Positions 31,092-42,747 are shown, counted from the stretch's first letter. The stretch: 64,000 bases of DNA from an uncultured Spirochaetota bacterium (GCA_963734545.1 CAVTHO010000003.1:384001-448000); one strand, 5' to 3'. The notes: generated by a model not told the origin, from the letters alone. A program made the numbers and translations.

Positions 31092-34000
31092 TCAGGTCCC
31101 CTGCGGGGGGCGCTCATCCGGCTCCTGGCCCGGCCGCTTTCCCAGCAATGAGAACGAGGGCTGGAGGCTGCGCCAGCTCCTTTCGAACTCCTCGTCGATC
31201 AGCGCCGCTTCCCGGCCCGAATGGGCTCCCCGACGGCAGACGTCCCGCAGCCTCTGGTACTCCCGCGCGAATCCGTCGAAAAGACCCTGCAGCGCCGCGT
31301 CGTCGATCGTCACCTGGACGGGAGAAGTCGTCGAAGCCGCTCCCGGGTGCTGGCTCTTTTTCAGGGGATCCTTTTCCGGTGGCAGCCCGAGGGCGATTTC
31401 AGTGGGCTCCCATGCCCGCAGAGGGTCGCGCAGGCCCTTGATGCCGACCATGCCGAGATCGTTGGCATGGATCCAGTCGGCCACCCGCGCGAACAGCTCC
31501 TGGGAGATGCAGATCGACCCTCCCCGTGCCGTGGTCTGGAGACGGGCCGCGATGTTCACCGTGTTGCCCAGCGCGTCCCCTCCCTTCTCGACCACCTCTC
31601 CCCAATGGATCCCGATCCGCACGATCACTCTCATCTTCTCCGGCCGGAAGCGGTTGAACCTCCGCAGCGCCTTCTGCACGCGGATCGCGGAGAGGACGGC
31701 GGACATGGGCTCGGAGAACAGGAAAATATGGCCGTCCCCCATCCTCTTGACCAGCGCTCCCTCGTGGGCGCCGACGATCGGCAGGAGAATGCCTTCGTAC
31801 TCCTGCAAGAGGGAGGTGATCTCCAGGGGGGAGAGCTCCTCTGCCTTGCTCGAATAGTCCTGGATATCGGAGAAAAGCACGGCGCACACCCGCACGTGCT
31901 CCCGCTCGAACTTGTACGTGTCCTTCTCCGTGGAGAAGCGCACTTCCGGTTCGTCCACCGGCTCGACGTCCGCCGCTTCGATGTCTCCGGCCGGCGTGCG
32001 CAGGATCCTCACCATGCTGACAAGGAGCTGCTGCGCGCGCGGATCGCTCGTGACCGGGAGCACCGAGCGCAGGGTCTCCTGGAGCTGCGGGTCCCTCTCT
32101 CTCATCAGCGACCAGATGGCGGCGATGACGGAAGGCCGCAGGTCGTGGCGCAGGTCCCTCACCAGCGTGATCCGGTCGGTGGAGGCGAGGCGGGAGAGCA
32201 CCTCCGAGAGGACGCGCGGAGCGTAGTCGTCCCCGAGCGCAAACAGGACGGCGGGCACACGGGCGATTGCCGCCGAGGACCCGCTGCGAAGCACGCGGTA
32301 GAGAAACTCGGTCATGACGCTGCCGGTGACAGGGGCCGACCGCTCTGCAATGCGATGGATCGCGGAAATTGCGAGAAGCTTCTTGCTTTCCTCCAGCTCC
32401 TCGTACACCTCGATCAGGGCGAGCGCAATGGCCATGTTCCCTTTCGATCCGAGCAGCTCGGCGAGCTTGGAGACGACCTCCGAATCGGTCTCCATGACCA
32501 GGAGCTGGAGGATGGCGCGGAGCAGTCCGTCACCCAGCACCTCGTCCGCGGAGAGAGCATCGAGCAGGGCGAGCCGGATGTAGCGGTCGTTCTCGTGCAG
32601 GAGGTTGATGAGCGTGGGCTCCATGGCCCCGAGCTCCTTCTCCTTCACGAGCTCGATTGCGGCAATGGCGAGGATCCGGTTGGACACGGGAGGCGTCATG
32701 CTCTGCCCGGCACGCCTCGAGCGCCTGCTGCGGATCGACGGTGTGGAGGGCGAAAAGCGCGTTCTCGGCGAGGCGATAGAGCTTCGCCTCCCGCGCCCAC
32801 TGGAACACGGAATAAAGCAGCTCCCGGGCACCCGGCCGGGGCGCGAGCCTCACCAGCGCGAGACACCGTTTGAGTCTCAGGACGACACGGTGCTTGTCGG
32901 TCCTGGCGAGGGAGAGGTGGCGGATGAAAAGCGCGATCCCCGACCGGGTCGGGTTCTCCAGCAGCTCGCGCAGGACGCGGTACCCGTCGAAGTGGCTTCC
33001 CTCCAGCTTCACGGCGGACTCCTTGAGCGTACGGGCGCAGCGCTGACGCTCCGCGGAGCTCCCCCCCGTCTTGATGGACTGAAGAAAGGCCTTCTTCATC
33101 TCCTCGTCGTAGTAGAACTCCATGTACTCCCGGGCGCTGGCGATCTGCTGGCCGGTTTCGTGGGTGGTGTCGATATCCACCTCCCGGATCTCACGCAGGT
33201 CCTTGAAGAGCTGGGCGATGGTGTCCGGGAGTGCGGCGAGACGCGGCATCGGGGGAGGGGATGCGGCGGAGAGGAGCGCCGCCTCCATTGCGTCCACGGC
33301 CAGCAGCGCCTCCTCCTCCAGCGAGGCATCCGCCTCCACGTTCGCCGCGAGCAGAGCGCCCAGCTCGTCGAAGTGGGGGACCTGCGAGGCGCGGGACCCG
33401 ATGTGCCGGTAGCATTCCCGCCGAAGCGCGGAGCTCGCGTCTGCAAGCGATTCGAAGAAGATGCTGCGCGCCTCGGCTGTGGCGAGCGGCGCGGCAAGCG
33501 CGACCAGCGCAGCGCGCAGGGGCGCCGACAGACGCGTGTGGGACGGCTGGTAGGCGGCAAGCGTGGCCGCGGCAAGCGTGTCGTCCCGGGCGGCGGACTG
33601 GAACAGGTATTGGACGGCCTCGTGGTCCTGCGCGGCAAGAGCGAGCGCAGCCTCGGCGCCCCTGCGCGCCCGCAGCTGCAGGAGCACCTCGAGAGAGGCG
33701 GAGCGCACCGCCGGCTGCACCGTCTGCGAGCGGGACAGGGTTTCGGCGAGCTGATGCACTTCCGGGGCCTCCGGGGACAGCTCCGCGAGCGTCCGCAGGA
33801 GCTCCAGCTGGACGAGCTCCTCCCGCCGGGTGGCGAAAAGCTTCAGCAGGAGCGGGAGGGTCTCGGGAGCGGCTATTCTCCCCGAAACACGGACGGCTGC
33901 GCAAACGATTTCAGGGTCGGGATGGCTGAAAAGCCTCGAAATCCAGCCGAAGCTCCGGGGATCCCGAATGACGCCGAGCGCCTGCAGGGCCGAGATGACG

Positions 34001-34167
34001 ATCAGCGGCCGGGTGTCGAAGATATCGGCGCGAAGGATGTCGAGCGTGCGCGCATCCCGGCCGAAAGCACCCAGGATCTTGTGCGTCGTGAGGACGGCAT
34101 CCTCGTTCAAGTCACCGGGTGACACACGGGGAGGGGGATGATTTGGCGTGTCATTGCTGCTTGCCAC
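31092..34167 (-). CDS. HEAT-repeat protein with C-terminal class III adenylate/guanylate cyclase; frameshift near 32700
   Basis: Long Ala/Leu-rich helical repeats; FSDIQDY, KRMGDG, GIHWG, GNTVNIAARL. Confidence 0.85.
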
Positions 34168-34353
34168 GGGACGGTTTCGGCCTTGTCACCAATGTACCAT
34201 GGCCGCTTCCTGCATGCAAACCCCGGTTCGGTGGAACGGCGGCGAGCGGGGGCAGCGGCGGCCCCGGAAGCGCTCCGGGAAGCCGGGGAAACAGCGCGGT
34301 TTTCAGGGCCTTGACCTCTTGCGGAGTGGCGCCCCGCGGACTACATTATAGAG

Positions 34354-36016
34354 GTGAGCATCCGACTGAAGATTATCCTCACCGTGGTGCCTCTCATCAT
34401 CGCCACCCTGACCCTGACGGGCATCTCGTCCTTCTTCTCCGCCACGAACGGCATCACCCGTATCGCAAAGGACTTCCTGGGCTTCAAGGCGGACGAGCTC
34501 GAGAACCAGGCGCAGAGCCAGTGGAGCCTCCTGGTGGAGAACAATCTCTCCGACAAGCCGGAGATGATCGGCGCCACCCAGGCCGCCATACAGCGGTTAC
34601 GCCCGGAGCATCATCCGGAGCCCCACGGAGGTGATCCTCGCGCTCGACAAAGACGGCAACATGTCCATGTCCACGGGGGACATCACCCTGCGGGCTGACG
34701 AGCTGCCCGGCGCTCCAGAAGCTGATCACGGCGAAAAACACGGAGCTGAACACGCTGCGCATCGGCGGGCAGGACCGGGTGACAAAGGGCTTCTGGTTCG
34801 ATCCGTTCGGCTGGTACCTGATGGTGACGGAAGAGCGGAGCACCTTCTACAACCAGGTGAACGAGATCACGCGGCGGAGCGCCATCATCCTGGCGGCCGC
34901 CATCCTCCTGGCGGTGGCGCTCATGCTGCTCTTTCGCCGGCTACCTCACCCGCCCGCTGACCCGGGTTGCGGGCACGATGAAGAACATCATCGCCGACCA
35001 ATGACCTTTCCCAGCGCGTCATGGTGGAGTACAACGACGAGATCGGGGGTCTTGCGCAGACCTTCAATCTCATGGTGGGCGAGCTGGAGAGGGCGTACGG
35101 CCAGATCAAGAACTTCGCCTTCAAGGCGGTGCTCGCGCAGAAGCGCGAGCAGAAGATCAGGAACATTTTCCAGAGGTACGTGCCCAAGGAAGTGATCGAC
35201 CGGTTCTTCGCAAGTCCCGAATCCATGCTCGTGGGAGAGAACCGCGTCCTCTCCGTGCTGTTCTCCGACATCAGGAGCTTCACCACGATTTCGGAAGGAA
35301 TGGCGCCGGACGACCTGGTGGAATCGCTCAATCGCTACTTCAACGTCATGGTGGACATCATCATGGCCAGGCAGGGAATCGTGGACAAGTACATCGGGGA
35401 CGCGATCATGGCGTTCTTCGGCGCCCCGGTGAAGCACGAGGACGACGCCCTGCAGTCGGTGAAGGCAGGGCTGGAGATGAATGCAGGCCTCGCCGATTTC
35501 AACGCAAGACAGAAGGCGGCGGGCAAGCCGCAGTGGCAGATCGGGGTCGGGATCAACTTCGGAGAGGTCACGGTGGGGAACATCGGGACCGAGAAGAAGA
35601 TGGATTACACGGTCATCGGAGACATGGTGAACCTCGCTTCCCGTCTGGAAGGGCTTACCAAGCAGTATCACCAGCGCCTCATCATTTCCGAGACTCTGCA
35701 TGAAAAGGTGAAGGGGACGGTGCCCTGCCGCCTTCTCGACTCCGTGGCCGTCAAGGGAAAGACCAAAGGGGTGAAGATCTACTCCGCCAAGCTCGATCTG
35801 GAGCCAACGGAGCGCGAGGCCTGGGACATGCACAACGCCGCCATGGAGGACTACTACGGACGGCGCTTCGGCATGGCGGCGCATAAGTTCGAGGACGTGG
35901 GCCGCATGCTCCCGGATGACTTTGCCAGCAAGCTTTTACGCGCTCGATGCCTGCTGTACGAGAAGGAAGCGCCGGCCCCGGATTGGGACGGGGTCGAGGT
36001 CATGAAGAGCAAATAG
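34354..36016 (+). CDS. Membrane sensor-HAMP class III adenylate cyclase; several frameshifts between 34590 and 35000
   Basis: Two TM segments, HAMP NDEIGGLAQTFN, FSDIRSFT, DKYIGD, DYTVIGDMVNLASRLE; upstream TTGCGG-17-TACATT. Confidence 0.88.
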
Positions 36017-36019
36017 GAT

Positions 36020-38149
36020 ATGAGCGACCTACAATTCGATTCCGAGGCCGGGATTTCCAAGGAAGATCAGAAAGACGTCCTCCAGGAAATCGAGAACGTC
36101 GTTACAAAGAACAGGATCGTCACGACTCCCGAGGACTTCATCGTACGGGCGGACAAGCGCGGCGTGCTCTTCCCCGTCCTCGTCCTCGTCTCCGCCGTCG
36201 CTGCCCTCGGGATCGGCGTGGCGGCATTCTACTTCCTGTTCCAGCGCGGGGAGTCGCAGATCGCACGCGGCGCCGTGGGCACCATCACCGCTGAAGGTCA
36301 GCTCATCCAGGCGGTGCGGCGCGAGGCGAGCGGCAAGATACTGGAGAAGAACCAGGAGATCAACGCGATACAGGGCCGGCTTGCCGACATCGACAAACAG
36401 CGCCAGGACCTGCAGTCCAACATGGACAGCAAGGTCAGCCAGAGGGAGCAGGAGCTCCGGGCCCAGATGGCGTCGGCGCTGGAGTCGGAGAAGGAGCGGC
36501 TTCAGAAAGAGGGGCTTTCCAAGCAGGCCATCGCCCTGCGCATGCAGCAGCTCGAGGCCCAGAGGGCCTCCCAGCTGCAGCGCGCAATGGAGGCATACCG
36601 GAAAGAGGCGGAAACGTCGAGGCTCCAGGCGGAGAAGAATCTCCAGACCATGCAGCAGGAATACACGGCCAGTCTCACCAAGGCCAACACAGAACGGCAG
36701 CAGGCCCTGGCGGATGCGCAGAAGAGGGAGCAGGAGCTGAGGGGACAGTTTGCGCAGAAGACGCAGTCCCTGGAGTCCGCGAGCGCCCAGGCCACGCAGG
36801 CCCTGAACACCCTTATCGCCCAGCGTGAGAAGGAAGACCTCGTCACCGGCCAGCTCGTCGGCCTGTACACGGGGGTCCGTGACCAGATTGCTCACGGGGA
36901 CTACACCGGCGCCCTGGCGAGCCTGCAGTCCCTGAGAGAGTTCGTCAATCGGCCCGATGTCGTCGTCCTGCCCGCGCTGGCCAAGCGGCACGATGTAGAC
37001 CTTTTCGTCATCGATTCCCTGTCGAACCTGGTGGAAACCGAGCTCGAGAAGGCGAAAAACGATACGGCCTCCCTGCTGGAAGCGGCCAATGAGATCACGG
37101 AGCTGAAGAAGAACGTCACCGACGCCCAGGAGATGCTCAAGGCGGGCAAGGTTGCGGAAGCGGAAAAGGCGTATGCGGATGCGCTCGAGGCAATTCCCGA
37201 GATCGCTGCAAGCTACGCGTATTTCGTGAACCGCGACAAGGAGGCTGAAGCGGCCCGGCAGGCGCGGCTTGCACAGGCCCTGGACAAGGCCGAGGCGGCA
37301 TTCAAGGCCGGCAATCTCACCGCGGCCGCGGCTTCGTACCGCTCGGCCCTGACATACCTGCCGGCAAGCTCCGACCGGCTGGACAGGATCGTCGCGAACA
37401 TTGAAGCCGCGGGAAACATAGAAGGCTTCCAGCGTCTCAGCCAGTCACAGTCGAATTCGGCGGAGGGATTGCTCGCCCAGGCAGACGCGCAGCGCAAACA
37501 GGGCAGGTTCGAGGATGCGCTGGGCGGCTACCTGAACCTGCTCGGCCAGTACCCGATGGCCGTGCAGAAGAATGACGCGTTGAAGGGCATCCAGGCCGCC
37601 TCAAAGGGCTTGAACGACAATGCCGCGGCTGCCGCTGCCGCGAAGTCGAAAGACGACATCGCAAAGCTCCAGGCGCAGATCGATTCGATGAAAACGGAGC
37701 TGCAGAGGGTCACGATACTCGCAAACAACGGCCAGATCTCCGAGCAGCGCCTCAAGGAGATGCAGGATCGGTACGCCGCCATGCTGAAATCCTATAATGA
37801 CTACGTCAGCAAGGAAGACGCGGTGCTCAAGGATCCGAAGCTCAAGTCGAAGGGTGACGCGGCCCTGATGAACACCAAGCCGTACCTCGACACTTTCTTC
37901 CGCTCGGCAGCCGTCAGGGACGCGTTCCCGGATCTCTCCGAGCGGATCAAGAAATACGATCTGGGCTTCCAGTCCGCGGGCAGGTCGGATGCGTTCCAGG
38001 ACGCCATCTCGGTGGTGATCAACTTCGCGCAGAAGACCACTCAGGCGCAGAGGCGCGAATTCCTTCAGCAGCAGCGCGAGTTGTACAAGAATGACGATGA
38101 CATGAAGGCGCTCCTGCAGGAAATGGACCAGAGGCTGGCGAGCCGATAG
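36020..38149 (+). CDS. Membrane-anchored coiled-coil/TPR-like hypothetical protein
   Basis: One TM helix near the N-terminus, then Q/E/A-rich heptads and TPR-like helices. Confidence 0.75.
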   Translation: MSDLQFDSEAGISKEDQKDVLQEIENVVTKNRIVTTPEDFIVRADKRGVLFPVLVLVSAVAALGIGVAAFYFLFQRGESQIARGAVGTITAEGQLIQAVRREASGKILEKNQEINAIQGRLADIDKQRQDLQSNMDSKVSQREQELRAQMASALESEKERLQKEGLSKQAIALRMQQLEAQRASQLQRAMEAYRKEAETSRLQAEKNLQTMQQEYTASLTKANTERQQALADAQKREQELRGQFAQKTQSLESASAQATQALNTLIAQREKEDLVTGQLVGLYTGVRDQIAHGDYTGALASLQSLREFVNRPDVVVLPALAKRHDVDLFVIDSLSNLVETELEKAKNDTASLLEAANEITELKKNVTDAQEMLKAGKVAEAEKAYADALEAIPEIAASYAYFVNRDKEAEAARQARLAQALDKAEAAFKAGNLTAAAASYRSALTYLPASSDRLDRIVANIEAAGNIEGFQRLSQSQSNSAEGLLAQADAQRKQGRFEDALGGYLNLLGQYPMAVQKNDALKGIQAASKGLNDNAAAAAAAKSKDDIAKLQAQIDSMKTELQRVTILANNGQISEQRLKEMQDRYAAMLKSYNDYVSKEDAVLKDPKLKSKGDAALMNTKPYLDTFFRSAAVRDAFPDLSERIKKYDLGFQSAGRSDAFQDAISVVINFAQKTTQAQRREFLQQQRELYKNDDDMKALLQEMDQRLASR

Positions 38150-38234
38150 GGCGCCGCGGTACCCCGCGGATTCTGGCGCCGCGGTACCCCGCGGATTCTG
38201 GCGCCGCGGTACCCCGCGGATTCTGGCGCCGCGG
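38150..38234 (+). repeat. 3.4 tandem copies of a 25-bp hairpin unit GGCGCCGCGGTACCCCGCGGATTCT filling the gap between convergent genes
   Basis: Exact repeats with period 25 and no spacers; same core as the other family copies. Confidence 0.95.
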
Positions 38235-39293
38235 TCAGCCTTCCAAACCTCGCAGTTTGGCGGTCGGAATGGCGTACACGCGGAATGCCCAGGCCTCGCG
38301 CGGGAAATCCAGGGACAGCGAGAAAAACACGTACGGCGTCGTCCCGACGTATGCCTCGTAGCAGAATTGCAGGGCGCCGAGGCCGACGGAAAGCTTTTCC
38401 GCGCCGCCGGAATCGTAGATTCGAAGAGTCGCGTCTTCCGTCGAGATGAGATCCCCGTTGCTGAGCACGGCGTCGATGCGATGGGTGACGCCGTTCAGGG
38501 GAAAGGTAGATGATCCATCCGTGCGGGACCAGATCCAATTGCCGCCCGAGTTGTAGCCGAAGTAGCTCCACACGTTATCCGCGCTTCGATAGTAGAGCAT
38601 GCGGTTGATGCCGGCAGGCAGAGTCGCCGTGCGATAAATCGCGCCCGTCCCGAACGAGGACCCTGAGAGTGACGCATCGATTTCCGACCAGCTCGACCCG
38701 CTCGTGAAAAGGAAATTGAATCTGTCGTAGGGCGCGGCGACGAGGGGCAGACACTGGACCCCCGCTGCAGTCTGGCTTCCGTAAACGGAATTGAGAAAAA
38801 CCTGGCCGGCAGCCGTGAATGTGCCGGTTGCAAGATCCGCCGTGAGAAGCTGATAGGTGCTTCCGGATGCTGTTCCATCCAGGTGAAAGGCAACGATATT
38901 CGCCGTCGTCGTGGTTTCTATCACGTCGTACTCGTTCATGGGATAGTTCGAGTCGGCGCCTGCAAGCGAAAAGCCCTGGCGGAAATCCGCAATTCTTATG
39001 TTCCCGCCCGACTCCTTGAAAGCAAAGCACAGGCTCTCTCTGCCGGTGCTCCGGGATACGAGAAAGCCGGATCCGACGCCGAGCGAGTCGATGCTGGTGG
39101 TGGCGGAAGTCGGCTTCAAGGGCAGGAACTTCATTTCCGTGGTCTCGTTGCCGTCGGGACTCTTGATTGGCCCGAAGGTGCCGAGCAGGATCATCTGGCG
39201 CGCCAGCCCGGCGGAGGAGTTCAGCTCGGCGCTGTACGGCGGCGCGCAGGAGACGATCGCAAGAGAGAGGACGAGCAGTGAGTATGGTTTCAT
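38235..39293 (-). CDS. Hypothetical lipoprotein (beta-rich)
   Basis: MKPYSLLVLSLAIVSC lipobox; S/T/G/aromatic-rich mature part. Confidence 0.75.
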   Translation of the reverse strand: MKPYSLLVLSLAIVSCAPPYSAELNSSAGLARQMILLGTFGPIKSPDGNETTEMKFLPLKPTSATTSIDSLGVGSGFLVSRSTGRESLCFAFKESGGNIRIADFRQGFSLAGADSNYPMNEYDVIETTTTANIVAFHLDGTASGSTYQLLTADLATGTFTAAGQVFLNSVYGSQTAAGVQCLPLVAAPYDRFNFLFTSGSSWSEIDASLSGSSFGTGAIYRTATLPAGINRMLYYRSADNVWSYFGYNSGGNWIWSRTDGSSTFPLNGVTHRIDAVLSNGDLISTEDATLRIYDSGGAEKLSVGLGALQFCYEAYVGTTPYVFFSLSLDFPREAWAFRVYAIPTAKLRGLEG

Positions 39294-40547
39294 AGCGTCC
39301 ACCGTAGACCGAAGCGGATCTCGACTGGGTTGAGGGCCCACGACGGCGGGAAAATGACATAGGGGAAGGTACCGTTGTTGTCGACGCCAAAATAGGCTTT
39401 AAACACCTCCGGCTCGGGAGTGGAATAGAGGGTCGGCGCGTATTCGATGAACGCGTGAAAGCTGCCGCCGAGCGCGAACTCCCATCCGGCGACAGCCTGG
39501 ATCCCCCAGGGCATGAGGTGATCGTAGGTGAACGAGCCGTTTGGCGGGAGAGTGACCCGAAGAAGAGGTCCGGCACCCGCGTAGAACCGGGTGGCGCTGT
39601 CTTCCGGGCTCACGTACCACCCGAGGAGCAGGGTGATCTGTGACAGGGGAAGGCTTGCCAGGGGCTGGTCCTGGTTGAATGCAATGCCGACGCGAAAAGT
39701 CGTGAACCCCAATCGTATGAAGCCCGGGAATATTGGAATTGCCCAGGTGGCCGAGACTCCCGGAAAAAAGCCGTCCAGGACTGCGGCGTCGAGGTACAGC
39801 CAGGGAGACTTGACCTGGTTCACGGTCATTTCAGTCTGCCCGTTCAGGTAAAATGCCATTCGAGTCGGCACGTAGCCCACCAGGGTTGCGCGCAGAGAAT
39901 AAGGCGCCGGCGAGGGAAGCTCTACCGCGGCCGTCCCGTCGGGACCCGCGGTGAGCGGCTTGACGGACAGGCCGGTGATCAGCGGTGCCCGGATGCGCGC
40001 GAAGCGTGAGGGTCAAGGGGGCAGGAGGGCCGCGCGAATAGGCGAGCGGATCCAGCGCGGGATATTTTTTGGCCACCGGCGAAACGATGTCGTCCCAGTG
40101 CTCACGGGAGATATTCATCATGGGAAATGACTCATGACGCGACGTGGTGAAGTCGAGGGTCCCGATGTCGTAGATGAGGTCGTACGAAAGAACACGAATC
40201 GAAGGTGCGAAGCCGAATCCGGATATCTTCACCCAGAGCCAGCAGTCCGCTCCCGCATCCCGCGCCACCTTGTTACGGTCTTTTGTCGAGCCGGGAAACA
40301 CCTTTGACAGCCCATACGCGACGGGTGAGGGTCCCCCCTGCGCCGCGCTGATGGCGGTGAGGAGGGATCGCTGCAGGATGGCCATGTCTTCGCTCGAGTA
40401 ACCCGTGAGCCAGGTCTTTTCCAGGGCAACGAGGATACGCCGCGGCGCATTCTGATCCGGAGGCGCCGGTTCCTCGGCAAAAATGCTGCCTTGCGCCGCG
40501 AGAAGAAGGCAGGCCATCACAATCCCGGATGCGCACTTTTTGTTCAT
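39290..40547 (-). CDS. Secreted hypothetical protein with predicted C-terminal beta-barrel; frameshift near 39980
   Basis: Signal peptide; alternating aromatic strands; ends ...IRFGLRWTL. Confidence 0.7.
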
Positions 40548-40552
40548 GGGGC

Positions 40553-41536
40553 CTACCACCATGCGGTGTACTTCGTGAGGACCAGACTCTTCATGTTGAA
40601 CCCGTAAAAATCGCCTCCGGAGAGCCGATACGCGTACCGGATGTCCTGCTGCCTGACCGAGTAGAGGCTTTTTTCAATGGTGCCGTCAGCGGGATCGATA
40701 CGGACGAACCGGGAAGAGCCCTTGTCATACGCAATGACGGCTCGGTCTGCAAAGCCGATGCTGTCTCTCTCTATCTGATCCCTGGCCGGGGCCGTGTCGA
40801 GGAGGTTGGCAGGCACCGTGCCGTTGGCGACGTCTAATTTGGAAAGCGTCACAAAATAGCGCCTGACATCGTCCTGGCTCCCGTCGCCCTGACTGACCAC
40901 AATGACGACATTGCCCGTCTTGTTGCCGTCGTCGAGCACGGCGTTGACTTGAAAGTTGGACATGCTGGATGAGAGCGTCGGCGTATACGTGGTTCCACCG
41001 GCCCAGGCGGCCGTATAACGCATGTAGGACAGCGTATTGGAACCGCCGGGGCAATAAATGCCGGTGATGTTGTAAAGGGTACCGGCATTGTCGACGACAA
41101 AGCCGTCATTCCCCATGGCGCCGTTGTTGCTGACATTGGGGCTCCCGGGAGTAGGGACCGTCAGGTCGGCATTGAGGAGTGTGCCCCCCGCGTTTATCTT
41201 GCCGTTGCTGTCCGCCATGACGCCGGCCCCCGCGGGCGCCGTTGCGCCGGTCAGTGAAAGCTTCAGATTCAGGTCCAGGTCGTAAAAGAATATGGAGTTT
41301 CCGGAGAGCGGCGTGGAACCCTCCACCACGACATAGGCGTAGCCACCCGCCTCCACGACGCGTACGGCGAATGACTGTCCGAAGCCGGAATCGATACCCT
41401 CGACCTTCACCTGGGCCTTCGCGAGCATCAGGGTGGTGGGAAAGACCGAACCGAATATGAACTGGAGCACCTCGCAGGAGCCGAGGAAGAGCACGGCTGC
41501 GCAGAGAAGGATTGTCCTGAGGATTCTCATCGCCAT
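40553..41536 (-). CDS. Hypothetical lipoprotein (beta-rich)
   Basis: MRILRTILLCAAVLFLGSC lipobox. Confidence 0.75.
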   Translation of the reverse strand: MAMRILRTILLCAAVLFLGSCEVLQFIFGSVFPTTLMLAKAQVKVEGIDSGFGQSFAVRVVEAGGYAYVVVEGSTPLSGNSIFFYDLDLNLKLSLTGATAPAGAGVMADSNGKINAGGTLLNADLTVPTPGSPNVSNNGAMGNDGFVVDNAGTLYNITGIYCPGGSNTLSYMRYTAAWAGGTTYTPTLSSSMSNFQVNAVLDDGNKTGNVVIVVSQGDGSQDDVRRYFVTLSKLDVANGTVPANLLDTAPARDQIERDSIGFADRAVIAYDKGSSRFVRIDPADGTIEKSLYSVRQQDIRYAYRLSGGDFYGFNMKSLVLTKYTAWW

Positions 41537-42747
41537 GGCAGTACCACCCCGAGCGTGACAGGTATCCCGAGCGGTCCCCCGGCGATAAAATTGGTGCCCA
41601 GGACATTGGTGCCGAGACCAAGCCCGACTTTCGCCTGGATCCTGAGCAGCAGCGTCAGGCCCCAGACGCGATATTCCACCCAGATGTTCAGCGGGTTGAC
41701 GTAGACATCCGTGTAGACGGGAAGCGACGTGCCGGGAACCCAGGTGAGTATGGCGCCGAAACCCGCGGAAATTCCCAGCCTGAACGCTGATTCCGGTGGC
41801 CAGATGAGATAGAGACCTGCAAGCAGCTCCGAATCGCTGTGGAGCGGCAGGCTCGCATCCGGGACAAAGGGGATCTGCGCATAGAGATACTCGGAAAAGC
41901 CGAGCATGACCCAGTTGGGGACCGGATACCAGCGCATTGTCGCTCCGGCCCCTTCGAGCTGGCCCGTGGTCCAGTTGATTTCCAGGGCCCAGGTGTCCTT
42001 GATCGGAATGGGCGCGAGCGCGATCTCGGGCGACGCGTGGATGGTCTGCCAGACCGTGTGATATCCTTCCCGCCGCTTCTCCAGCCGAAGCACGGTCCCG
42101 GCCCTCACGCCGCCCGTGTGAAAGACGAGCGAGCCGCCCTGGATGCGGCCAATGCTTTGCTGGCCTTCCACCACGACCTCCAGCCCATCCTGCGGGCACG
42201 TGAAGGTGATCTCGTCCACCCTGACGCCAGCCTGGATGCTGATGAGCTTCGGTGCTGTCACAAAAATGACATTCTGCACGAGGTCCGCGATTTCCCTGTG
42301 CAGCAGGTTGTAGAAGCCCAGGTTGAAGCGCATCGTCTTCAGAAAGCCGGTAATCAGGGTGCCGTCCGCCACGTCATAGCACTGTACGGACACGAGGATG
42401 TCGTCCCTTTCCATCGAATAGGAGCCGATGACCGCCATGTCGGCGGTTGTGCTCCGCGCGACAGCAAGCGCCTGCGGGGCCTCCAGGACGCGCAGGGGAG
42501 GGACCTTGAGCCGGCCGGCTTCCCCGATCCACTGATCCTGGGGAATGAGGGTGAACCCGACGGCCCCGAACTCCTGCTCCACCGCCTCGCTGAGGGCAGC
42601 CTGGTTGTCCTTCTGGGCCCCTGCCAGGGGAGCAAGCGGAAAAACGACGACTGACTTTCCGCTGATCTGGCTCTCTTCGGACCAGCCAGACGGGACCGCG
42701 AGAATGAGAGGCAGAATCAGGAGAAGCAGTCTCCGTGAATCCCGCAT
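41527..42747 (-). CDS. Secreted hypothetical protein: CsgG/TolB-N-like alpha/beta domain, PEGA-like domain, C-terminal beta-barrel-like region
   Basis: Signal peptide; SVVVFPL...ADMAVIGSY...VSVQCYDV; amphipathic strands ending VTLGVVLPWR. Confidence 0.65.
   Translation of the reverse strand: MRDSRRLLLLILPLILAVPSGWSEESQISGKSVVVFPLAPLAGAQKDNQAALSEAVEQEFGAVGFTLIPQDQWIGEAGRLKVPPLRVLEAPQALAVARSTTADMAVIGSYSMERDDILVSVQCYDVADGTLITGFLKTMRFNLGFYNLLHREIADLVQNVIFVTAPKLISIQAGVRVDEITFTCPQDGLEVVVEGQQSIGRIQGGSLVFHTGGVRAGTVLRLEKRREGYHTVWQTIHASPEIALAPIPIKDTWALEINWTTGQLEGAGATMRWYPVPNWVMLGFSEYLYAQIPFVPDASLPLHSDSELLAGLYLIWPPESAFRLGISAGFGAILTWVPGTSLPVYTDVYVNPLNIWVEYRVWGLTLLLRIQAKVGLGLGTNVLGTNFIAGGPLGIPVTLGVVLPWR

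Noticed and set aside
38150-38234. Possible mini CRISPR array
   Set aside because: Units are directly adjacent with no spacers, there are no cas genes, and the unit belongs to the dispersed hairpin family.
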